This document shows positions 56,900 to 64,000 of a DNA stretch of 64,000 nt, piece after piece. The position numbers were made by a program, and so were the translations under genes. Each line of letters opens with the position of its first letter. Within the stretch, counting starts at the first letter, position 1. Source of the DNA: Planctomycetota bacterium (GTDB lineage Bacteria > Planctomycetota > UBA8108 > SXIK01); assembly GCA_965223845.1 (NCBI GenBank), contig CBDCXR010000004.1:6976001-7040000 (forward strand), read 5' to 3'. The notes beneath the pieces are model-generated. The model had not been told where the DNA came from and did no database searches. It saw only the letters and a program-made list of their open reading frames with translations.

Positions 56900-59800
56900 A
56901 TGTCTTCTTTTGATCCCCTCCCCGAATCGTACTCGTTTCCTGCCGCCGAGGCGGAAGTGTGTCGCTACTGGAAAGAGAGCGGCGTCTTTCAGAAATCGCT
57001 CGCCCAGCGTGAAGGCGCGCCGGGCTTCGTCTTCTATGAAGGCCCGCCGACCGCGAACGGGAAGCCGCATCCCGGGCACGTTCTCACGCGCGTCATCAAG
57101 GATGTCTTTCCCCGCTACAAGACGATGCGCGGCTACCGCGTTCCACGGAAGGCGGGATGGGACACGCACGGGCTTCCGGTCGAGCTCGAGGTGGAGAAGG
57201 AGCTCGGGATCTCCGGGAAGGAAGAGATCGAGGCGTACGGCGTCGAGAAGTTCACGCACCGCTGCATCGAAAGCGTGTTCCGTTACACGAGCGAGTGGGA
57301 GGAGCTCACCGAGCGGATCGGTTTCTGGGTCGACCTCGACGAGGCGTACGTCACGTTTCACCAGAGCTACGTCGAGAGCGTCTGGTGGTCGCTGCAGCGT
57401 CTGTTCGAGAAGGGACTCCTCTACCAGGGGCGAAAGATCGTCTGGTGGTGGCCCCAGGGCGGCACGACTCTCTCGGCCGCCGAGGTCGGGCTCGGGTACC
57501 GTACGATCGCGGATCCGAGCGTCTACGTTCGCTTTCGTTCGGTCGAGGACCCCGCGACGAGCTACGTCGCTTGGACGACGACCCCGTGGACCCTTCCGAG
57601 CAACGTCGCCCTCGCGGTCCATCCAGAGGAATCGTACGTCCGCGTCGAGGTCGCGACCGAGGACGGGGGGAAGGAGACGCTCGTCCTCGCCGAAGCTCTG
57701 GTCGGGAAGGTTCTCACCGACAAGGTCGAGCCGCTCTCCGTGTCGAGCCCGTTCCCGGGGCGCGAGCTCGTCGGCAAAGAGTATCGTCAGCTCCTTCCTT
57801 ACCGCTCGCCGGACGATGGTCGAGCCTTCGTCATCGTCGGCGCGGACTTCGTCACCGTCGACGCGGCGGCCGAAGCCGGCTACGGCACCGGCTTCGTTCA
57901 TCTCGCTCCCGCGTTCGGCGAAGACGACGCGCGAGTCGCAAAGGAAGAGGGACTCGCGTTTCTTCAGCTCGTCGACGATCGCGGCCGCATGACGGAGGAC
58001 GTCGCGGAGGTCGCGGGAGTCTTTTGCAAGGATGCCGACCGCGAGCTCATTCGACGACTTCGCCGCGACGGTCTCCTGCTCCGTGAGGAGGTCTACAATC
58101 ACGAGTATCCGTTCTGCTGGCGGTCCGACGATGATCCGCTCATCCAGTACGCGCGACCCGCGTGGTTCGTGTCGACGAGTCGGTTCCGCGACGCGATGCT
58201 CGAGAACAACCGCGCGGTGCGCTGGATTCCGGAGCACATCCGTGAAGGCAGATTCGGGAAGTTCCTCGAAGGAAACGTCGACTGGGCGCTCTCCCGTGAG
58301 CGCTACTGGGGAACGCCGCTCCCGATCTGGGTCTGCGAAAAGACCGGTCATGCCGAAGCGATCGGCTCGTACGAGGAGCTCCTCGCCAAGCCGGGAGTCG
58401 AGGGCACGGATGCCTTCGATCGCGCGAAGGAAGCGGATCCCGACTTGTCGGACCACTTGCGAGTTCACAAGCCCTACATCGACGCCGTGACCTACACGTC
58501 GCCGAAGGATTCGGGCGCTCGGATGCGCCGCGTTCCCGAAGTCATCGATTGCTGGTACGACAGCGGCGCCATGCCGTTCGCGCAGTGGGGCTACCCACAC
58601 GCTTCTGGCTCGAAGGAGCAATTCGCCGCGTCGTTTCCGGCCGATTTCATTTCGGAGGCGATCGACCAAACTCGAGGCTGGTTCTACACGCTCCTCGCCG
58701 AAAGCACCCTCCTTCACGATCGCGAGGTGCCGCATCCCTACCGAACTTGCATCGTTCTCGGCCATGTGTGCGACGACAAGGGCGAGAAGATGTCGAAGTC
58801 GAAGCGGAACTATCTCGACCCGATGGAGGTGCTGGACGCGCACGGCGCGGACGCGCTGCGCTGGTATTTCCTCTCCCAAGGAAATACGTGGACGAACGCG
58901 CGGTTCAGCCTCGATCGAGTCGCGGAGGCGAAGAAGGATTTCTTGATCCGGCTCCAGAACGTCTGGAGCTTCTTTACGATCTACGCCCGCATCGACGGAT
59001 TCGACCCGAGCGCGGGCAATGAATCGGCGACGGACTGCGACTCGAACACGCTGTCTCGCGCGAGCGGGTACCGGCCGGTCGCCGACCGGCCGGAGATGGA
59101 TCGATGGATCCTCTCTCAGCTCGCATCGACCACCGAGGCGATGACCGAGCGCCTCGACGACTACGACGTGCTGACGGCGGCGCGATCCCTCTTTCGATTC
59201 GTCGACGAGCTCTCGAACTGGTACGTCCGGATGGGGCGGCAGCGCTTCTGGGCGAGCGGGATGGAGGACGACAAGCGCGATGCGTACTGGACGCTCTACG
59301 AGTGTCTCGTCACCGTATCGCGACTCGCGGCGCCCTTTGTTCCGTTCCTCGCCGAGAATCTCTACCAGCACCTCGTCGTCGGTCCGTGGAGCGGCACGCA
59401 GCCGGAGAGTGTCCACCTCACAGAGTTTCCGTCCGCTCCCGCGGGACGCGTCGACGAAGCCCTGTCCTCGCAGATGGCACTCGCGATGGAAGTGATTTCG
59501 CTCGGGCGATCAGCGCGGGTCGACGCGAAGATCCGAGTGCGCCAACCGCTCGCGGAAGCCGTGCTCGTGCTCGCGGACGAATCGCACCAGGAAGGCCTCG
59601 GAACGCTTCTCCCGCTCGTCCAACGGGAGTTGAACGTCGAATCACTCAAGTTTGCGGCGAACGCCGACACCTTCGTCGAGTATCAGTTTCGACCGAATTT
59701 CAAGCTCATCGGGCCGCGCCTCGGCCGTTCGGTCCAGGCGCTCAAAAAGGTGCTCGAAACGGCGGACGCCGCTGCGATGCGCGCCGCGCTCGACGACACG

Positions 59801-60205
59801 GGGAGCTGCGACGTCGACCTCGAAGGTCAGACGGTCACCTTGTCGCGCGAAGAGCTCGAGGTGCGTCTCACCCCGCGCGAAGGATACGCTGCGCGTGCCG
59901 GTCGGAGCGTCGTCCTCGTGCTCGACACGACGGTGACGGACTCGCTCCGCGAGAAATGGTACGCGCGAGAAGTTGTCTCGACCGTGAACGGGCTGCGAAG
60001 CGACCGGTCTCTCGAGTACGAAGCGCGCATCCGATTGACGGTGTGGTGCGCCGAGGAATTTCGGCGCGCCCTCGAGAAGCACGCTGCGTACATCCGCGAC
60101 GAAACCCTCGCCACCGAGCTCGCATTCGAGGATGACGCAGCGCCGAGCGGCGCGTCGAGTGGGAAGGCGGGCGAACACGAGTTTCGGGTCGATTTCGTCG
60201 TTTAG
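56900..60205 (+). CDS. ileS: Isoleucyl-tRNA synthetase, type 2
   Basis: EGPPTANGKPHPGH, GWDTHGLPVE, WTTTPWTLPSN, DWALSRERYWGTPLP, DQTRGWF and KMSKS motifs; type-2 C-terminus (RQPL; no zinc finger). Confidence 0.96.
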   Translation: MSSFDPLPESYSFPAAEAEVCRYWKESGVFQKSLAQREGAPGFVFYEGPPTANGKPHPGHVLTRVIKDVFPRYKTMRGYRVPRKAGWDTHGLPVELEVEKELGISGKEEIEAYGVEKFTHRCIESVFRYTSEWEELTERIGFWVDLDEAYVTFHQSYVESVWWSLQRLFEKGLLYQGRKIVWWWPQGGTTLSAAEVGLGYRTIADPSVYVRFRSVEDPATSYVAWTTTPWTLPSNVALAVHPEESYVRVEVATEDGGKETLVLAEALVGKVLTDKVEPLSVSSPFPGRELVGKEYRQLLPYRSPDDGRAFVIVGADFVTVDAAAEAGYGTGFVHLAPAFGEDDARVAKEEGLAFLQLVDDRGRMTEDVAEVAGVFCKDADRELIRRLRRDGLLLREEVYNHEYPFCWRSDDDPLIQYARPAWFVSTSRFRDAMLENNRAVRWIPEHIREGRFGKFLEGNVDWALSRERYWGTPLPIWVCEKTGHAEAIGSYEELLAKPGVEGTDAFDRAKEADPDLSDHLRVHKPYIDAVTYTSPKDSGARMRRVPEVIDCWYDSGAMPFAQWGYPHASGSKEQFAASFPADFISEAIDQTRGWFYTLLAESTLLHDREVPHPYRTCIVLGHVCDDKGEKMSKSKRNYLDPMEVLDAHGADALRWYFLSQGNTWTNARFSLDRVAEAKKDFLIRLQNVWSFFTIYARIDGFDPSAGNESATDCDSNTLSRASGYRPVADRPEMDRWILSQLASTTEAMTERLDDYDVLTAARSLFRFVDELSNWYVRMGRQRFWASGMEDDKRDAYWTLYECLVTVSRLAAPFVPFLAENLYQHLVVGPWSGTQPESVHLTEFPSAPAGRVDEALSSQMALAMEVISLGRSARVDAKIRVRQPLAEAVLVLADESHQEGLGTLLPLVQRELNVESLKFAANADTFVEYQFRPNFKLIGPRLGRSVQALKKVLETADAAAMRAALDDTGSCDVDLEGQTVTLSREELEVRLTPREGYAARAGRSVVLVLDTTVTDSLREKWYAREVVSTVNGLRSDRSLEYEARIRLTVWCAEEFRRALEKHAAYIRDETLATELAFEDDAAPSGASSGKAGEHEFRVDFVV

Positions 60206-60513
60206 ACGGCGAGACTCTTCGGAGGGGAGCTTCGATCGGATTCGGTCCGTCGGGGCTTGGCGTCGGATCGAGCGGAAGACGAGGGAGAAGGCGTCCGCAT
60301 TTCTCGTCCGGTGACGATCTCTCGAGCGTCAGAGTAGAAGCGGTCCAGGAATCCACGGTAGAATCTTGCTCGACGGCGAAACGAGCTGAGCGAGCGCCCG
60401 GTGGCGTCGAACGCAGTTCCCCTGTGCGCGCGACCATCGGCGGCGACGCGAGCGAGGCTTCGCCCGGGACGACCGCAAGCGTCTCTCGATCGACGGACTC
60501 GGCGACGATACGA

Positions 60514-61185
60514 ATGGCGAAGAACCCGCAGAAGAGCCCGGCGGCGACCCGATCCGGGGCATCGCCTTCCGGCAAACGTCGGGCAAAGGTCGACGCGGCG
60601 AAGGGAGACCGACCGGGCGCCGCGACGACCAAGAACCAGCCCGATCGACCCGCGAAACGAACGCGTCGCGCCGCCGCGAAGCCGTCGATCCAGGTTCCGG
60701 ACGATCTCGAGTTTCCACGCGTGCCGGCGGATGAGATCCCGGACGACGAAGACGCGATCCGTCTCATCCTCGGCGGTCAAACCGCCCAGCGAATTCTCTA
60801 CGACGCGCTCCTCGAGCACGCCGCGGCCGAGCAGCGAGTTCTCGTCGCGATGCTCCGGCGCGACTGGGACGAGCGCTTCCAAGAAGCGAGTCTCGTCGGT
60901 CCGGATTTGATCGCGCGGATCCGGGGCGTACCGGTCGCGGACGCGGAGCCGGTCGAGGCTCAACCTTCGGCCGCCGCGATTCCGAGCTGGCTCGAGTCCC
61001 TCGGCGACGACGGGTCGAACCGGACGATGGAGGTCGTCGCCGCGTTTTCCGATCGCGCGCTCGTCTGTCGCGCGCTCGTCCCGTGGAAATCCGATCTCGC
61101 GCCGGTCTACGATTTCTTCTGCGGTTGCGTGGAGTCCGAGGATCTCCATCGCGGGCTGCTCGCTCAGTTCTCTCGCTTGATCTAG
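60514..61185 (+). CDS. Hypothetical protein: basic disordered N-tail plus possible degenerate ferritin/rubrerythrin-like bundle
   Basis: Lys/Arg/Ala-rich N-terminus; helical core ending CVESEDLH. Confidence 0.6.
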   Translation: MAKNPQKSPAATRSGASPSGKRRAKVDAAKGDRPGAATTKNQPDRPAKRTRRAAAKPSIQVPDDLEFPRVPADEIPDDEDAIRLILGGQTAQRILYDALLEHAAAEQRVLVAMLRRDWDERFQEASLVGPDLIARIRGVPVADAEPVEAQPSAAAIPSWLESLGDDGSNRTMEVVAAFSDRALVCRALVPWKSDLAPVYDFFCGCVESEDLHRGLLAQFSRLI

Positions 61186-61307
61186 CCCGGATCTCTCACC
61201 AGATCGTTTCACGACTTGCGGCGGCTCGCCGCTTCGCTCACCGAATCTGGTGACGCGCGCGTTGGCGCGAAGGGAGCTCGCCCTGGACGTCCATGGCGAG
61301 CGGACGA

Positions 61308-63245
61308 TCAGGAGCCCGTGTTTCGCAGCACGCGACGATCGCCTTGCCGCAGAGTGAACCCGGTTTGGTCGAGGTGCTCGAGAAGCGGGATCACGTACTT
61401 CCTCGTCGAACCGAGGAGCTCCTTCGCATCCGAGGCCGTCACCGCACCGGCCGCTTCGATGTGCGCGCGGAGTCGGTCCTTCGCGGTTGCGATCGCGTCT
61501 CGATGGAGCACGATTCCTCCTCCGATCGAAACGAGATCGCCGTCGTCCTCGAGCAGTGCGGCGAGCTCTTGCGCGACCTTCGGATCCCAGCCGCGCTCCG
61601 CGGCGAGCTCGGCCGCCGATGGCGGCGAGAACAGCTTCTCCCGCGTCTCCGCGAGGATCGTAGCCCGGATCTCTTCGTCGCGGTCCGTGAGGCGTGGGCC
61701 GAAGTCTCGGAACGCGAGCTTCCCCGCGGCGCGCTCCTCGATCTCACCGCTCTCGGCCATCGCGCCGACGAGCTCCGCGAGGAACGAGTCGCTCGCCCGC
61801 AGCTCGTGTCGGAGGTCGAGCTTCGACATGGTTCGGCTCCGCGGCTGCTTCGCAAAATGCTTCTCGGCGATGTCGCCGACGCTCGCGCGGGCTTCCTCGA
61901 GCTTTGCCGTCGAGACCAGTTGACGGCCACGGCTCGCCTGCTTCACCGCGCCGCCCGCGAGAAGCTGCTCCACGATCGCCTGACACTCCTCCGGCGGCAA
62001 ACAGACGCGGAGCGCGAGTTCTTTCGACGAAAGCGTCTCGAATCCGGCCCGCTCGAGAGTGCTCACGACGAGTTGCGTCGGGTCACCGACGGTCGTCGCG
62101 CGCGCGCGAAGCTCGTCGATCACGTATTCCTTCCCCGTTTTCAATCGCCAACGCGAGGTGTCGAGTAGCTCGCCGCCTCCGATCGTCCACGCCGGCGAAT
62201 AGCTCCGGAGGACGAATCGATCTCCCGGCGCCGCGACGAGGGGCGCGTCGAGGCGAAACTGGACGAAGGTCTCCTCTCCCGGCTCGACGGTCTTTCGCTC
62301 GAGCAAGTAGACGCGCCCGAGAGCTTCCGCGGTTCCGGTGTGGAGGCGGACGGGCGCCTGATGGAGCAGCGGCTTCCGGTTACCGGAAAGATACCGGAGC
62401 CGCGCCTCGAACATCGTCGCTCCCTTCAGGTAGCCGGGCTCGGTGAGGACCATGCCGCGCTCGACCCGACGGTAGTCGATATCGGTCAGGTTGATCGCCG
62501 ACGAGTGCCCGGCGCGCGCGAAGTCGGTCGCTTCCTTGTACGCGTGGATGCCGCGCACGCGTCCTTTGGCCGCGAGCGGGACGATCTCGAGCGTGTCGCC
62601 GATCTTCGTGCTGCCACTCACGGGTACGCCGGTGACCACGGTGCCGAAGCCCTTGGCCGAGAAGATGCGCTGGATCGGCAGCCGGAAGATGCCGCTTTCG
62701 TCGCGCGGCCGAACCGAGGCGAGTTGCTCGTGGAGAAGGCGGAGGAGCTCCGGGATTCCCTCGCCTGTCGTCGAGGAGACCTCGACGATCGGTGCATCGC
62801 GAAGAAACGTCTCGCCGAGCGATTCACGGATGTCTTCGCGGACGAGCTCACGCAGATCCTCCTCGACGATGTCGATCTTCGTGATCGCGACGATGCCGTG
62901 CTCGATGCCGAGCAGGTCCATGATCGCGACGTGCTCTTCCGTCTGCGGCATCACGCCGTCGTCCGCGGCGACGACGAGGATCACGAGGTCGATTCCCGTC
63001 GCGCCGGCGACCATGTTCTTTACGAGTCGCTCGTGGCCCGGGACGTCGATGATGCCCACGCGCAGCCCGCTCTCGAGCTCGAGCGGAGCGAAACCGAGAT
63101 CGATCGTGAGTCCGCGCTCTTTCTCCTCGGGGAGGCGGTCTGGATCGATGCCCGAAAGGCGCTGAACGAGCGACGACTTGCCGTGGTCGATGTGGCCGGC
63201 GGTGCCGACGACGACGTTAAAGATCGTCTCGCGGTTCTTTTTCAT
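61308..63245 (-). CDS. selB: Selenocysteine-specific translation elongation factor
   Basis: [34 protein letters not shown] and TKID motifs; C-terminal winged-helix '[14 protein letters not shown]....T.R.GD.R'. Confidence 0.95.
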   Translation of the reverse strand: MKKNRETIFNVVVGTAGHIDHGKSSLVQRLSGIDPDRLPEEKERGLTIDLGFAPLELESGLRVGIIDVPGHERLVKNMVAGATGIDLVILVVAADDGVMPQTEEHVAIMDLLGIEHGIVAITKIDIVEEDLRELVREDIRESLGETFLRDAPIVEVSSTTGEGIPELLRLLHEQLASVRPRDESGIFRLPIQRIFSAKGFGTVVTGVPVSGSTKIGDTLEIVPLAAKGRVRGIHAYKEATDFARAGHSSAINLTDIDYRRVERGMVLTEPGYLKGATMFEARLRYLSGNRKPLLHQAPVRLHTGTAEALGRVYLLERKTVEPGEETFVQFRLDAPLVAAPGDRFVLRSYSPAWTIGGGELLDTSRWRLKTGKEYVIDELRARATTVGDPTQLVVSTLERAGFETLSSKELALRVCLPPEECQAIVEQLLAGGAVKQASRGRQLVSTAKLEEARASVGDIAEKHFAKQPRSRTMSKLDLRHELRASDSFLAELVGAMAESGEIEERAAGKLAFRDFGPRLTDRDEEIRATILAETREKLFSPPSAAELAAERGWDPKVAQELAALLEDDGDLVSIGGGIVLHRDAIATAKDRLRAHIEAAGAVTASDAKELLGSTRKYVIPLLEHLDQTGFTLRQGDRRVLRNTGS

Positions 63246-63340
63246 TGCGGGCGGTCGTCGTCGAGTGGGAAGTGCCCGTGGGGCAACGACTTCCAGCGGT
63301 CTTCGCGCCGCGCGAGAGGCGCGCCGCCGGCGGGCCGACC

Positions 63341-63369
63341 TTGACAGTATTTCTCCTAAGATCTACTAT
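63341..63369 (+). promoter_or_regulatory. Sigma70 promoter TTGACA-N17-TACTAT
   Basis: Consensus -35, 17-bp spacer and near-consensus -10 in an AT-rich island upstream of the 63531 ORF. Confidence 0.75.
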
Positions 63370-63530
63370 CGCAAGGGTTTCAGTTGCCCGGCAGGGTCTC
63401 CGAACCCGCGATTCTCCCCACCAAATTCGGCCGCGTCCGCCGGCCTCGCCAACCTGCCGCCGGCTGCACAGTTCGCCCGCGTGGTCGCCGCCCAACTGCC
63501 GTTGTTGTCGCGTTACATACGAGAAACGCA

Positions 63531-64000
63531 ATGTCCAAATCGCACGATCTACTCTTCTGCAAGGTGGCGATGACCGCGGGAATGGTCACCCAGCAGCAGG
63601 CGCAGAAGGTCCTCGCCCTCGTGGACCGCAGGGAGCAGGAAACCGGACGTCGGCCGATGATCGGCGCGGTTTTCTCCAAGTATCAGATTCTGACGCCGCA
63701 AGAGGTGCAGCGCGTTACGGAAGCGGTGCGCAAGCGCGCGGGCGATTCGGTCGTCGCTGGCGCTCGCGGTGCGGGCGGCGGGAGTGGACGAGGTCGATCG
63801 GGCGGAAAGCCTCGAGGACGGCCCAAGAAGAAGAAAAAGCCGATCGATCAGCAGACGCTCATGATGGGGGTTGGATTCGGCGTCGTGTTTCTCGGCGTCG
63901 TGGTCGCGCTCGGCGTGCTCTTTTGGGGCGGCGGCGGTGATCCCGGACCGGTCGACTCGACGGGTTCGGGCGGCTCGCCGATGGCGGCGAGCGTGGGCGG
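63531..64000 (+). CDS. Membrane protein with N-terminal MshEN-like helical domain (3'-truncated by window edge)
   Basis: Not in the ORF track because it has no stop in the window. Translation MSKSHDLLFCKVAMTAGMVTQQQAQKVL...IGAVFSKYQILTPQEV, then a Gly/Lys linker and a TM (VGFGVVFLGVVVALGVLFW). Confidence 0.7.
   Translation, partial: MSKSHDLLFCKVAMTAGMVTQQQAQKVLALVDRREQETGRRPMIGAVFSKYQILTPQEVQRVTEAVRKRAGDSVVAGARGAGGGSGRGRSGGKPRGRPKKKKKPIDQQTLMMGVGFGVVFLGVVVALGVLFWGGGGDPGPVDSTGSGGSPMAASVG

Noticed and set aside
56879-59416. 845-aa antisense ORF over ileS (and similar long antisense or frame-shifted ORFs, e.g. 1797-3809, 12064-13635, 14645-16594, 35192-36889, 39061-40674, 50105-52024)
   Set aside because: These are shadow ORFs expected from high GC and CTC/GAG/TCG-rich codon use. 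They are Arg-rich, have no recognisable motifs, and overlap well-supported genes.
60206-63530. tRNA-Sec (selC) near selB
   Set aside because: No UCA anticodon arm (CTTCAAA) or cloverleaf was found in the flanking intergenic regions.
1-64000. CRISPR arrays, IS elements, prophage, rRNA
   Set aside because: No regularly spaced repeats, transposase, integrase or phage structural motifs, or rRNA-like segments were seen.

Overview
A GC-rich bacterial chromosome segment, probably from Planctomycetota. This is inferred from C-terminal dockerin-like 'RGDxNxDG' tails, a large PQQ-propeller/TPR protein, an S1 sulfatase, a lamin-tail/CotH protein and a type-2 IleRS. About 42 real CDSs can be separated from many GC-driven shadow ORFs. 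Housekeeping and metabolic genes: pgi, a 2-oxoacid:ferredoxin oxidoreductase alpha/beta pair flanked by two CBS proteins, rhaA, hisH/hisF, hppA, cutA-moeA-mobA, sppA, ileS and selB. An accessory block (about 22-40.6 kb) encodes secreted proteins: a di-haem peroxidase-family protein, two tandem beta-helix paralogues and a CotH-like kinase all end in the same dockerin-like tail, next to an exported Shewanella-like phosphatase. Other candidates for uncharacterised systems are a membrane-anchored PspA/ESCRT-III-like coiled-coil gene pair behind an ECF-type promoter, and a two-gene MCE-like transporter with a fused ATPase-permease. No rRNA, tRNA, CRISPR array, integrase or transposase could be supported. 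All calls come from motif recognition by eye, no database searches were run, and several start codons are best guesses.
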